Below, in pieces: positions 8,781 through 18,976 of a stretch of DNA of 64,000 bases; within the stretch, counting starts at the first letter, position 1, and each line of letters begins with the position of its first letter. The stretch lies in contig CAZCCB010000001.1 in the NCBI GenBank assembly GCA_964497155.1, positions 32,766 through 96,765 on the forward strand, in the 5' to 3' direction. The DNA comes from an uncultured Nitrososphaerota archaeon. GTDB taxonomy: Archaea; Thermoproteota; Methanomethylicia; Culexarchaeales; Culexmicrobiaceae. The position numbers and the translations under genes are program-made. The notes beneath the pieces are model-generated. The model did no database searches, had not been told where the DNA came from, and worked only from the letters and a program-made list of their open reading frames with translations.

Positions 8781-10280
8781 GTGTGGTGGGCGTTCATGGC
8801 AGTAGAAAATGCGCTTCTACAAATAATAGTTATTCCATTAATTTTCGTTCCAATAGTATACATTATAAGTAAGTGGACTGGATGGAGAACTGGTTGGATT
8901 GCATTTATACCATTAGCATATATTTCAATGCTTGTAATCTACTTAGTTGATTACGTTGCTAAGAATGGTGAAGTACTAGGTGTCTGGCCATTAGCTCCAT
9001 CAGCTGGATTATACTTCATTTTACTTGCAGATGGACTTAGTATGCCAGTAATATTAACTATAGCGATCTTATGCACTGTAATTTCAATATATTCAATGCC
9101 ATATATGGAACATAAGATAGGTAAGGAGGGAATTGGTCATGGAGCATATTATGCATTATATCTACTCTATGCTGTTGGAATGCTTGGAACAGCAATGTCC
9201 GCTAATTTAATTCAATTCTACTTCTTCTGGGAATTAATGCTAATTCCTTCATGGGCATTAATAAATATTTGGGGTTATGGTGAAAGAGAAAAAATTGCAT
9301 TAAAGTATTTCATTTACACTCATATCGGTGCATTATCACTACTCGCAGGTATATTAGCCGTATATGCTGCATATGGAACATTCGATTTAACTGAATTACT
9401 AGTTGCAGTGAAATATTATAAGCCAATAGAGTTTTTAAGATGGGTTGCATTTGCAATGTTCCTTGGATTTGCAGTTAAAATGGCAATTGTACCATTACAT
9501 ACGTGGCTTCCAGATGCACATGCAGAAGCACCAACACCAATAAGTGCATTATTATCACCTGCAATGATAGGTTTAGGAGGATATGCATTAGTAAGATTAG
9601 TCTACACATTATTCCCAGAAGTTCTAAGTGAATTTACTCTTGCACTTAGCGTTCTAGCATTAATAACTATGATTTATGGTGGAGTAATGGCATTAGCTCA
9701 AGATGATATTAAACGGTTATTAGCATATTCAAGTATATCTCAAATGGGCTATCTATTATTTGGAATTGCAAGTAACTATCCACAAGGAATTGCAGGTTCA
9801 ATATTCCATTACGTCAGTCATGGAACTTGTAAAGCTATACTCTTCATGATGGCTGGAGCAATAATACTTGAAACACATGGAATAAGAAGTATAAGTAAGC
9901 TTGGAGGACTTGCAGGTAAAATGCCACTTACAGCTACATGTACATTAATAGGATTCTTAGGAATAGCTGGAACTCCACCATTAAATGGATTTCAAAGCGA
10001 ATGGCTAATATTTACAGGTGCATTTGCAGGTGCAATTAATGCTCATGATACAATTAGAATTATAATTTCAGCATTAGCATTAATAGGAACAGTATTAACT
10101 GCAGGCTATGTTTTATGGGCTATGAGAAGAATATTCTTTGGACCGCTACCTGAACATTTAAATGAGGTTCACGAAGCACCATTAACGGTAACTATTCCAA
10201 TGTTCATACTTGCCTTCGTTACTGTAATACTTGGAATTTATCCAAAACCGATAGTAGACTTATTATCATTAGTGCTTTAA
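8781..10280 (+). CDS. nuoM: NADH-quinone oxidoreductase subunit M/N-like (complex I antiporter-like subunit)
   Basis: 14-TM protein with NuoM/NuoN family motifs (FYFFWELMLIPSWALI, HTWLPDAHAEAPTPISALL). GTG start; an internal ATG at 8796 is an alternative. Confidence 0.75.
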   Translation: MWWAFMAVENALLQIIVIPLIFVPIVYIISKWTGWRTGWIAFIPLAYISMLVIYLVDYVAKNGEVLGVWPLAPSAGLYFILLADGLSMPVILTIAILCTVISIYSMPYMEHKIGKEGIGHGAYYALYLLYAVGMLGTAMSANLIQFYFFWELMLIPSWALINIWGYGEREKIALKYFIYTHIGALSLLAGILAVYAAYGTFDLTELLVAVKYYKPIEFLRWVAFAMFLGFAVKMAIVPLHTWLPDAHAEAPTPISALLSPAMIGLGGYALVRLVYTLFPEVLSEFTLALSVLALITMIYGGVMALAQDDIKRLLAYSSISQMGYLLFGIASNYPQGIAGSIFHYVSHGTCKAILFMMAGAIILETHGIRSISKLGGLAGKMPLTATCTLIGFLGIAGTPPLNGFQSEWLIFTGAFAGAINAHDTIRIIISALALIGTVLTAGYVLWAMRRIFFGPLPEHLNEVHEAPLTVTIPMFILAFVTVILGIYPKPIVDLLSLVL

Positions 10281-10297
10281 TTAACCATTATTATTTT

Positions 10298-10807
10298 TTA
10301 ATGCATTTTAAATGTTAACGGTTTAATTGTAAGTAAATTTAAATTTGCACCTGCACTCATTAAGTTCTTTAATGTCCATACAGTAGCTATACCAGTAATT
10401 TCACCTTTATCCTTATATAAGGATCTCCATTTTAACATTGAAAGCTTACTTCTACTCTTATAAGTTATTTTTTCAACTCCATCAACTCTAATAATATCAA
10501 CAATTTCTCCATTCCTAATTTCAAAGCTTCCTAAAATTTCTCTTCTAGATGCATGAACCTTGATTCTCCCCTCAATTTCTGGGAAAACATTTCTACTACT
10601 AAAATATTCGTCTATTATTGATGGCATATTCCTCGCAATAGCTATTAAAAGAAATTTCCTAAAGATATTTAACGGTAATACTCCATCAATTTTATAAAGT
10701 ATTTCACGTTTAATTCTCTCAATATCTCTTTCTTCAAGACATTTTGGACAAATTATATTTGAACTCTCCTTTCCACAATAAATACATTTATAAGTAGTCT
10801 TCTCCAC
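10298..10807 (-). CDS. hypothetical protein with N-terminal C4 zinc ribbon
   Basis: CIYCGK...CPKC zinc-ribbon at the N-terminus. The rest has no family I can assign. Confidence 0.4.
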   Translation of the reverse strand: MEKTTYKCIYCGKESSNIICPKCLEERDIERIKREILYKIDGVLPLNIFRKFLLIAIARNMPSIIDEYFSSRNVFPEIEGRIKVHASRREILGSFEIRNGEIVDIIRVDGVEKITYKSRSKLSMLKWRSLYKDKGEITGIATVWTLKNLMSAGANLNLLTIKPLTFKMH

Positions 10808-10844
10808 TTAATGCTCTCCCTCCAAAGTGCTATTTGAATTCTAT

Positions 10845-11222
10845 TTAATTACTAGATCTATCCACATAATATTTAGTATATTTTTTAGGTTTCAATTTTT
10901 CTACAATAAAATCAAATGCAGCCTCAGCATCAGTATTACCGCAAGTATAAACATCAACAGTTGCATAACCATATTTTGGCCATGCATGAATTGCTATATG
11001 AGATTCCATTACAATTGCTATTGCAGCGACATAATCATTAACTGCATAAGCTTCAACTGAGCATAACTTCGCCCCTGCAATTTTAACAGCTTCAATAACA
11101 ATTTCCTCTAAATACTCTGGACTACTTAGTAGTTCCTCTATACATCCGTAAAGGCTCCCATATACGTGGTGTCCTATCGCCCTCCCGACCTGAATTTGGG
11201 TGTACATCTCATCTAGTCTCAT
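10845..11222 (-). CDS. speH: pyruvoyl-dependent S-adenosylmethionine decarboxylase family proenzyme (SpeH-type; could be the crenarchaeal arginine decarboxylase paralog)
   Basis: Motif VMESHIAIHAWPKYGYATVDVYTCG matches the AdoMetDC self-cleavage site (ESH) and active-site region. About 125 aa. Confidence 0.75.
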   Translation of the reverse strand: MRLDEMYTQIQVGRAIGHHVYGSLYGCIEELLSSPEYLEEIVIEAVKIAGAKLCSVEAYAVNDYVAAIAIVMESHIAIHAWPKYGYATVDVYTCGNTDAEAAFDFIVEKLKPKKYTKYYVDRSSN

Positions 11223-11427
11223 TAAGAACCCTAGTTTAACTTAAAAAGCTTTCTATTCAGAAATTTTTCAATTTAACCCAAAAATAGCAGAGAAAAATAA
11301 TTTTAATCTGCTAAATTCAAACTTTTTTTGACTCAAACTTTTTTCTACTAACTAAAATTGAAAATTCCAGCTAAGAGCTGTTTTCTCTCAATTAAAACTG
11401 CTCTTTTCTCCCAGATTTTTCCTAAAA

Positions 11428-11964
11428 CTATTCTCTACTGAAATTTTTCGAAATTTCTGTCTTCTTTATTTTTCTTTTCCCAAAAAGAATTAACGTAAAG
11501 TAAAATGATACGAGATAAATGATTCCTGAGCTTAAGCTTAATTCTCTATATTTCTGATAGTTGATTGGAATTATTGATTGCCCACACACGTATATTGAGA
11601 GATCATTAACTAAATTTATCATTAATAATGTAAATATTATTAATGGATATAAATAGGATACTACTTCAAGTTTATTACAATTAATTAAATTAGCAATTAT
11701 TATTGAGATCATCCATACAAGGCAATATAATGATGAGTAGAAAATATTTACTAGAAATGATAAGGCTATAATTTTAGGGGGGTCAAGATTAAAAATCCAT
11801 TTTATAGCCTCATTTTCTTCATATATTGTTCCATTATAAAAGCCAGCTATGGTAACTATGGAGTTCATAGTCAATATTATGAAAAACATGATCCATAACT
11901 TGATTAGGAATTTCTTTTTAATTGTAATTATTTCGATTACTGTTGAGTTTAAATAGTGTTTCAC
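11428..11964 (-). CDS. hypothetical polytopic membrane protein
   Basis: Multiple hydrophobic helices and no recognisable motif. Confidence 0.4.
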   Translation of the reverse strand: MKHYLNSTVIEIITIKKKFLIKLWIMFFIILTMNSIVTIAGFYNGTIYEENEAIKWIFNLDPPKIIALSFLVNIFYSSLYCLVWMISIIIANLINCNKLEVVSYLYPLIIFTLLMINLVNDLSIYVCGQSIIPINYQKYRELSLSSGIIYLVSFYFTLILFGKRKIKKTEISKNFSRE

Positions 11965-12193
11965 ATATTAAGATTAAGGGATATTATCATTAAAGCTTTA
12001 TTGAAAATTAGTCATATCATAAGCTATCTACTTGATGCATTAATTAAATTTAATCTATATCCATTTAGCATTAAGATTCTAATTGATGTTATTAGCTTTT
12101 CATTAATACTATTAATAATTACTTTTTTACTATCCCTTTATCCACCATGGTAAGTATTTTATCTAAATAAGCTTTATCTTTAATTGATCCTAA

Positions 12194-13579
12194 ATGGTTA
12201 AATTAAAACTCTTTGGCACTTCAGGAGTTAGAGGTGAGATAAATATTAATTTAACTCCTGAATTAGCAGTTAAGCTATCACTTGCATTTTCAAATTTTCT
12301 TGGAAATTTTGGAACTATTGCTATTGGTAGGGATGTTCGTATTCAATCAAAAGTTTTGGCTAAAGCTTGTATTTCAGGAGCCATTTCTGGTGGATTGAAT
12401 GTAATTAATGTTGGAGTGGTGCCTACTCCAGCGTTACTCCATATTGTTAAAGAGCTTAAGCTTAATGGTGCAATAATGGTTACTGCAAGCCATATCCCAC
12501 CAAAATATGCAGGAATACTTTTCTTCCTAGGAGATACTGCCGAGTTAACTCCAGATGAACATAAAATTTTGGAGAGAATGATTCTTGAGAATAAGTTTAA
12601 GCATTGTTCTTGGAGTGAAATTGGAAAGGTGGAATATTTTGATGGGAGTTTAGATATTTATTTAAAGGCTATTATTAGGCAGGTTAATGTTAGAAAGATT
12701 AGGAGTTTTGGTGCTAAAGTTTTAATTGACCCTTCAAATAGTGCTCAATCATTATTCCTAGTTGAAATTGCAAATGAATTTGGTTGTAAAATATTCACTC
12801 TAAATGATTTTCCATGCGAATATTTTCCTGGTAGGGGGCCTGATCTACATCCAAGAACATTAAAATTTACTTCAAATTACTGTAAGACTTTAAATGTTGA
12901 TTTCGGTATTGCAACCGATGGTGATGGAGATAGATGCTTATTCATTGATAGTAATGGTAAAGTCTTATGGGGTGATACTTCTGGCTGTATATTTGCATTT
13001 AGAGAATTATCACGTTTAAAGGGAGGAATTATAGTATGCCCAGTAAATACTTCTAATTTAATTTTCCACGTAGCTAAGCTATGTAATGGTAGTGTTCATT
13101 TAACGAAGGTTGGACCGCCAGCCATTATTGGGGCAGTGAAAAAATTGGGTAATGTTATTTTTGCATTTGAAGAATCTGGGAAATATATTTGGCCGGATAA
13201 TGTACTTTATGGTGATCCAGCATTAGCTCTAGGGAAAATGATCGAAATCCTATCTGAGAGATCAGTTTCATTAAGCAATCTTGTTAGCAGTTTTCCTAAG
13301 TACTATAGAGTTAAAGTTGCTGTTGATTGCCCAGAGAATATTAAGCTTAAAGTTTTAAATGAAGTTAAGAAAAGGATAAATGAATTGAATCCAGTTAAGA
13401 TTATTGATATTGATGGACTAAAGCTTATATTTAAAGATGATAGCTGGTTGTTATTTAGACCATCCGGAACTGAACCAGTATTTAGAGTTTTTAGTGAGAG
13501 TAAGGATAAAATATTGGCTGAAAAGCTAGCTAATCTCGGTGTTAAATTGATTAAAAATATAGTTAGTAAATTTATCTAA
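12194..13579 (+). CDS. phosphohexomutase (phosphoglucomutase/phosphomannomutase/GlmM family)
   Basis: N-terminal GTSGVRG. Active-site serine loop VTASHIPPKYAG. Metal-binding loop GIATDGDGDRC. Confidence 0.8.
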   Translation: MVKLKLFGTSGVRGEININLTPELAVKLSLAFSNFLGNFGTIAIGRDVRIQSKVLAKACISGAISGGLNVINVGVVPTPALLHIVKELKLNGAIMVTASHIPPKYAGILFFLGDTAELTPDEHKILERMILENKFKHCSWSEIGKVEYFDGSLDIYLKAIIRQVNVRKIRSFGAKVLIDPSNSAQSLFLVEIANEFGCKIFTLNDFPCEYFPGRGPDLHPRTLKFTSNYCKTLNVDFGIATDGDGDRCLFIDSNGKVLWGDTSGCIFAFRELSRLKGGIIVCPVNTSNLIFHVAKLCNGSVHLTKVGPPAIIGAVKKLGNVIFAFEESGKYIWPDNVLYGDPALALGKMIEILSERSVSLSNLVSSFPKYYRVKVAVDCPENIKLKVLNEVKKRINELNPVKIIDIDGLKLIFKDDSWLLFRPSGTEPVFRVFSESKDKILAEKLANLGVKLIKNIVSKFI

Positions 13580-14351
13580 ATAGATCTTTTTCTTCAGGAT
13601 AAATTAATTCTTCATGACTTCCTTCTCCTCTAGGGTATTCGTATCCCCTAATAATGACTACTGGAATTCCATTAGATTTACCCATAGCTAATTCAGCTGC
13701 AGCTGCAAGTTCATCTGCAATTGCCATTTGAGTTACTCTTAAAGTATATCCGAACATATCTTGCTCTCCTCTATAATCTCTTATAGGTTTCATACCTGCA
13801 ATTCCAATTGCAAAATTTACATGTCCAGCTCTCCAAGCTCTACCAAATGTATCTGATATTATTACTGCAACATCGACACCCTTTAACTCCTTAATTCTAT
13901 TCCTAATTTTTCTAGCTGATTCATCTGGATCTTCAGGTAAAAGTGAAACTACATCTTTCCTTCCAGCTACATTTGATCTATCAATACCTGCATTAGCACA
14001 TACAAATCCATGTTTAGTTTCAACTATAATATGTCGAAATTTCATTTTAACAATCTTATTACTTTCCCTCAAAATTAATTCAACAAGTCTTGGATCCTTA
14101 TTCATTAATAATCCTATTCTTTCAGCAAATTTTGATGGTTCAACTTCATTTAAATTTACAATTCTACCTTCAGCTTTTGCTACAATTTTACTTGCAATTA
14201 CAATTATATCTCCATCATGTATGCCGACTCCTTGCTTATCCGCTGCTTCACATATTATTTTCCCTAAATCATCCCCTTCTTTAATTAATGGTATTCCTCT
14301 TACTCCAATAATCTTAATTTCCTCAATATTCCTCTTCAAATTCTCCACCAC
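13572..14351 (-). CDS. cofE: CofE-like protein (F420-0:gamma-glutamyl ligase family)
   Basis: IIGVRGIPLIKEGDDLGKII...DGDIIVIASKIVAKAEGR and ...DTFGRAWRAGHVNFAIGIAG match the CofE fold family. Confidence 0.6.
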   Translation of the reverse strand: MVENLKRNIEEIKIIGVRGIPLIKEGDDLGKIICEAADKQGVGIHDGDIIVIASKIVAKAEGRIVNLNEVEPSKFAERIGLLMNKDPRLVELILRESNKIVKMKFRHIIVETKHGFVCANAGIDRSNVAGRKDVVSLLPEDPDESARKIRNRIKELKGVDVAVIISDTFGRAWRAGHVNFAIGIAGMKPIRDYRGEQDMFGYTLRVTQMAIADELAAAAELAMGKSNGIPVVIIRGYEYPRGEGSHEELIYPEEKDLFR

Positions 14352-15924
14352 TCATTAATCTATTAACGATTAATAGTAGAATTATTATTAAAGTTAGCAT
14401 GGTTAGTGTTATTGCATGGCTAGCTATAAATTCTGCAATTGAAGCTTTAATCAATGCTCCCCTAAAATCTCCCTTCTGAACTCTTTCTTCAGCTTCTTTA
14501 ACCAATCTTCTCGCTATTAAAATCCATGGCTGAGCCATTTTATTTTGATGATTTAATAATTTCTTAACATTATCAATTTTACTATATACGCTGTAAATGT
14601 CTATTATATCAAAGTTCCATTGCTTAAATCTACTTACTAGATCTTCACCTGCAGTTAGACTTAAATAGTAAACTAGAATGTCTGTTGAAGTAATATTTTT
14701 AAATCCTCTTATCCTATTAAAGAATTTTTCATAAAATTTTAATCCTCCATATAGTTTACCTAATTCCTTTATAACAGTATATGATGCTGCATAATAAAAT
14801 ATGACATCCTTACCAAGTTCACCTGGCTTCCAATTTTGAATGAATCCATAATTGTTTCCAACTATTGTTTTAGCAATTTTTTCAATTCTTTCCCTCCTAA
14901 CTTCAGCTCCAGTCCATCCGGCTTTCAATGTAACTTCAAAGCTTATATATTCTGCTAATCCTTCATGAAACCATAATAATTCTGGAGATATTCCAGCTGC
15001 CCATACGAAGTGATGTACTAATTCATGAATTGCAATTTGCTCCCAATATCCAAGTGCAGTTCTAACATAAAATAAATTCAATTTTATTTCACCTAAATGT
15101 GTACCATTGAATGGTACATATCCTCCAATCCATAAATCTTCAAGTGTTGGTGCATAAAATTCAACATTAACATTGGTTAAATTAACTGCAAAAATTCTAG
15201 TTAAATTTTGATACACCTTTTCATAGGCTAAAATCAATCTTTCAGCTAAATCATAGTATCTCCATGGAGTTTTAACACTAAATATTCCTCTATTAATTAC
15301 TGTTATATTTGGTGGATTAATTGTTGTATATTCAATTGCTATTCTAGCAATATTGTTATGTAATATAAATGTTACATTATGAAATCCTTCATATTGCTTA
15401 ATTTCAAATGGTTTCGGTTCCATTTTATTTGAATCTAATTTAGCTGTTTTGGGGAATAGTATGTAAACTGTGCAATTGTCATTCGAGCTAAATCCTATTT
15501 GAGGTGTAAAGAAGAAGCATTTAGGCTCAACAATTATTGATCCATAATTCATTTCATAATTAATTTTCATTTCAAATTCATTGCTACAAGTATAGTTAAA
15601 TGTAAAGTTATTATAAAATATGAATTTTTCACCATTTCTAAGATATGCATCTTTTTCCTTTGAATTAGTAATATTTCCTTTTAAAACTTCCAGCTTCCAT
15701 TCCGTAAAGTTTTTAGGTACTAATATCCATGAACTTCCTCTTCTTAATTTTGAATGATATATTATTTCAACCTTTAATTTACCATTATTGTCAACTTTCA
15801 TTATGTAATAATAAGTTCCATGTTTATTTCTAAATGACATTGTTGGAATGCTTATAATCGCGTTTATAAATATCATTATTGTAATGAAAGTTATTGCATA
15901 TAATGCCTTATGATGATTTTTCAT
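14323..15924 (-). CDS. membrane-anchored extracellular zinc metallopeptidase-like glycoprotein (HExxH)
   Basis: N-terminal TM/signal segment, HELVHH zinc-binding motif, about 11 N-x-S/T sequons and a C-terminal TM anchor. Overlaps the downstream CofE-like gene by 29 nt. Confidence 0.45.
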   Translation of the reverse strand: MKNHHKALYAITFITIMIFINAIISIPTMSFRNKHGTYYYIMKVDNNGKLKVEIIYHSKLRRGSSWILVPKNFTEWKLEVLKGNITNSKEKDAYLRNGEKFIFYNNFTFNYTCSNEFEMKINYEMNYGSIIVEPKCFFFTPQIGFSSNDNCTVYILFPKTAKLDSNKMEPKPFEIKQYEGFHNVTFILHNNIARIAIEYTTINPPNITVINRGIFSVKTPWRYYDLAERLILAYEKVYQNLTRIFAVNLTNVNVEFYAPTLEDLWIGGYVPFNGTHLGEIKLNLFYVRTALGYWEQIAIHELVHHFVWAAGISPELLWFHEGLAEYISFEVTLKAGWTGAEVRRERIEKIAKTIVGNNYGFIQNWKPGELGKDVIFYYAASYTVIKELGKLYGGLKFYEKFFNRIRGFKNITSTDILVYYLSLTAGEDLVSRFKQWNFDIIDIYSVYSKIDNVKKLLNHQNKMAQPWILIARRLVKEAEERVQKGDFRGALIKASIAEFIASHAITLTMLTLIIILLLIVNRLMSGGEFEEEY

Positions 15925-16723
15925 TATGATCCCTCTTCAATTTCTTTCTTGCAAATACAATGTAACCAGTATGTCCAACCATTAATGTTTCAGGTCTTGT
16001 TTCACCTGGAACTACTTTAAAGTTTCTAACAATGCATTCAATACATTCAATTGCAGTGAAATTATTTTCCTTCAATGCTCTCACCGTTTTGATTACCTGT
16101 TCAATTGTTGGACTATAACTTACAAATATTCCCCAATCTGCTAATGCATTATAAGCATGAGGGACAACTTCCCATGGAGTTGCCATATCAAGTATTACTA
16201 CATCAACATTCCTTTCATCAATACCCTTAGTTATATCCTTCAATTTAAATTCAACATAATCCATTAATCCAACTCTCTCCAAATTCCTTTTTGCAATTTC
16301 AAGAACATCCTCACGTATTTCATAGCTATAGACTTTACCATTAGGTCTAACATAAAAGGCTAATGCACTTGTTAATGCTCCACTACCAGTTCCAGCTTCA
16401 ACAACCCTACTTCCCGGACCAATACCCGAATACATTACTATTAAAGCTAAATCTTTAGGATAAATTATTTGGGTCTTCCTAGCAAATTTAAATATAAAAT
16501 CTCTTAAAATTGGCTTTAAAATTGTAAATTTAACTCCCATATGACTCTCAATTTCATCTCCAAATCTCCTACCAATGAGATCATCAAGCTTAATATATCC
16601 CTTATGTGTGTGAAGAACATTTCCAGACTTAACTTTAACTAAGTAGGTTCTACGCTTATTTAAATATAAAAGTACATAGTCTCCTTCATTGACAGTTTGA
16701 TTCAACTTCTTCACCATATGCAT
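15908..16723 (-). CDS. trmI: tRNA (adenine-N1)-methyltransferase TrmI (Gcd14 family)
   Basis: SAM-binding motif VVEAGTGSGALTSALAFYVRPNGKVYSYEIRED. Size and layout fit TrmI. Confidence 0.75.
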   Translation of the reverse strand: MHMVKKLNQTVNEGDYVLLYLNKRRTYLVKVKSGNVLHTHKGYIKLDDLIGRRFGDEIESHMGVKFTILKPILRDFIFKFARKTQIIYPKDLALIVMYSGIGPGSRVVEAGTGSGALTSALAFYVRPNGKVYSYEIREDVLEIAKRNLERVGLMDYVEFKLKDITKGIDERNVDVVILDMATPWEVVPHAYNALADWGIFVSYSPTIEQVIKTVRALKENNFTAIECIECIVRNFKVVPGETRPETLMVGHTGYIVFARKKLKRDHNEKSS

Positions 16724-16799
16724 TTAACCTAAATACTCTAATCTATATATCCCTATTTCACTTAACTTTATTACACCGAATTTGTAATGTTAATTTGAC

Positions 16800-17870
16800 A
16801 TGAAAATCGAAGAATTACTTAAATATCCAACTGTTAGAGAAGCTAAGCTTTATAGGAAAGTTAGGAATGATGTTGTTGAATGTAATTTATGTGAACGTAA
16901 ATGTATAATCCCAGTTAATAATACTGGTTATTGTAAGACTAGAATTAATATTAATGGTAAACTTTATACTTTAACTTATGGAGATTTAAGTGCAATTGAA
17001 AGTAGGCCAATTGAAATTAAACCATTCTATCATTTCTGGCCCGGTTCATCAGCATTAACATTTTCAACCTGGAGCTGTAATTTCTATTGTTTATGGTGTC
17101 AAAATTGGCATTTAAGTAAACAGGCTCCGGATCCTCGAACCACTAAATATATTGCACCTGAAAAAATTATTAGATATGCATTAAAGTTTGGTGATGAAGG
17201 TTTATGTGTAAGTTTTAATGAACCATTAATGTTATTTGAATATTCAATTGACTGCTTTAAGTTTGCAGTTAAAGAGAATTTGTATAACACTTATGTTAGT
17301 AATGGTTATATGAGTTTAGAAGCACTTAAAATGCTTAAGAATGCTGGTTTGCATGGATTAAAAATTGATGTTAAGGGTGATGAGGAAGTTTATCAGAAAT
17401 ATTGTGGTGGTGTTCATGTAAATTATGTTTGGAGAAATGCTAGAGAAGCTAAGAAGCTTGGTATTCATGTAGAAATTGTTAATTTAATAGTTACTGATGT
17501 TAATGATGATGAAGAATGCATTAGATGGATTATAGAGCAGCACTTAAAAAATGTTGGTCCTAATACTCCAATACACTTCACAAGATATTATCCAGCATTT
17601 AAATTCTATAATCCTCCAACTAAAATTGAGAAGCTTGAATTTGCATATGACCTAGCCAGACGAATGGGTGTAAATTATCCATATATTGGTAATGTTCCCG
17701 GGCATCCATATGAACATACATATTGCCATAATTGCGGGAAGGTAGTAATTAAGAGATATGGATATAGAATTATTGATTATAAATTAGATGAGAGGAAAAG
17801 ATGTCCATATTGTGGAACTGAAATTCCAATTACTGGAAAATATATTAGGAAGCCTTCTCCAATCTTTTAA
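16800..17870 (+). CDS. AmmeMemoRadiSam-system radical SAM enzyme (PflA-like activase family)
   Basis: N-terminal Cys cluster CNLCERKCIIPVNNTGYC. Radical SAM motif CNFYCLWC (CxxxCxxC). C-terminal CHNCG...CPYCG zinc ribbon. Confidence 0.6.
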   Translation: MKIEELLKYPTVREAKLYRKVRNDVVECNLCERKCIIPVNNTGYCKTRININGKLYTLTYGDLSAIESRPIEIKPFYHFWPGSSALTFSTWSCNFYCLWCQNWHLSKQAPDPRTTKYIAPEKIIRYALKFGDEGLCVSFNEPLMLFEYSIDCFKFAVKENLYNTYVSNGYMSLEALKMLKNAGLHGLKIDVKGDEEVYQKYCGGVHVNYVWRNAREAKKLGIHVEIVNLIVTDVNDDEECIRWIIEQHLKNVGPNTPIHFTRYYPAFKFYNPPTKIEKLEFAYDLARRMGVNYPYIGNVPGHPYEHTYCHNCGKVVIKRYGYRIIDYKLDERKRCPYCGTEIPITGKYIRKPSPIF

Positions 17871-18060
17871 TTATTAAATCAACTTTACTGGAAATTTCAT
17901 TTACCTTTTTAATTAATTCATTAATCTTCTTCTCCTGCTCAGATAATTTCCTAGTAATATGCATTAATAATTTAAGCATATCACCAGTCCAATGAGGTTC
18001 ATAAAGTAATGGTTCAACAGGTGTTAATGGAGGTTCAGATATACGTTTAAATTCATCCAA
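17845..18060 (-). CDS. small coiled-coil hypothetical protein
   Basis: 71-aa ORF convergent with the radical SAM gene, overlapping it by 26 nt. Coiled-coil C-terminus. Could be spurious. Confidence 0.25.
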   Translation of the reverse strand: MDEFKRISEPPLTPVEPLLYEPHWTGDMLKLLMHITRKLSEQEKKINELIKKVNEISSKVDLIIKRLEKAS

Positions 18061-18124
18061 AACTTAATCCCCTCCAACTGTAATCCATATAGATGATCAT
18101 GAATTTAAATATATGGTAAAACAT

Positions 18125-18847
18125 TTAGTCAATAATTTTTAATTCAACAATTTCGCCGCCACAAAACTTAACAGTATATTCACCAGCCATTTCAGCAGTC
18201 TTAATTAAATTTTTCCTGGATATTCCAGGTACTCCGCAAGTAATTATTAAAATATTTTTAGTTTCATTTGTAATTTTAGTTAATTCTGAATCTCTATGAG
18301 GATAGAGATTAATAATTTTTTCACGATCAGCAATCACTGGCTGTTTAGTAATTCTCCTCTTCTTATCACCAATACCCCAAAACTCCTCTCCTTCTTTAGA
18401 CCATCTTAAGATTATTGGTTCAACAATTTTATTGTAATCATATGCTCCAATTGAAATTTGAGTTAAAATTGAGACTATATTGTATACATCAACTGCACAA
18501 TTAATTCTAGGCAAGCCTTTTCCACGTAAAATTCTTCTAATCAAAGCTTCAGCTGAAGGTCTCTGCTTAGTAGGATCAATTTTAACTCTCCAATAAAAGT
18601 CTCTATAAGCCCTAATTATAGGCATGTCCTTTAAAGTTTTTAAATTAAAATTATTTCTCACCCAATTTTCCACACGTTTAATTTCACTTAAAAGTTCACT
18701 ACAATAATTCATTGAATTAACATTTCTTATTAAAGCCGCACCAAGATATAAATTCTCAAATTTAGCCTTAATATCACTGCTAATCTCAATTAATACCATA
18801 TATAGCACCAAATATTTTAAGCTAAAAATAGAATTAAAACTTAACAC
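18125..18847 (-). CDS. B3/B4 tRNA-binding-domain-like protein
   Basis: About 240 aa; N-terminal IEISSDIKAKFENLYLGAALIRNV resembles stand-alone B3/4 domain proteins. Confidence 0.4.
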   Translation of the reverse strand: MLSFNSIFSLKYLVLYMVLIEISSDIKAKFENLYLGAALIRNVNSMNYCSELLSEIKRVENWVRNNFNLKTLKDMPIIRAYRDFYWRVKIDPTKQRPSAEALIRRILRGKGLPRINCAVDVYNIVSILTQISIGAYDYNKIVEPIILRWSKEGEEFWGIGDKKRRITKQPVIADREKIINLYPHRDSELTKITNETKNILIITCGVPGISRKNLIKTAEMAGEYTVKFCGGEIVELKIID

Positions 18848-18914
18848 TTAAAATTCTAAGCATTCAAGAATTCTTTCAATTCTACTTAACCTATTCACAT
18901 GATTAGGTAATCGT

Positions 18915-18976
18915 GGGGCTCAGTTCTGGCGTCATTCTTCATCAAAATTGGTAATACCAGCCCTCTTCATCGCCCC
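18915..18976 (-). ncRNA. possible box C/D sRNA (non-canonical boxes)
   Basis: GC-rich 62-nt intergenic island. Minus strand reads GGGGC-g-AUGAAGA-(12 nt)-CCAA-UUUUG-AUGAAGA-(12 nt)-CUGA-GCCCC. It has a 5-bp terminal stem, two identical AUGAAGA C/C'-like boxes with 12-nt spacers and a canonical D box. Confidence 0.35.

Noticed and set aside
10827-11060. 77-aa plus-strand ORF overlapping the speH-family gene.
   Set aside because: It is antisense to a strongly supported AdoMetDC-family gene and has a Cys/Ile/Phe-rich low-complexity translation.
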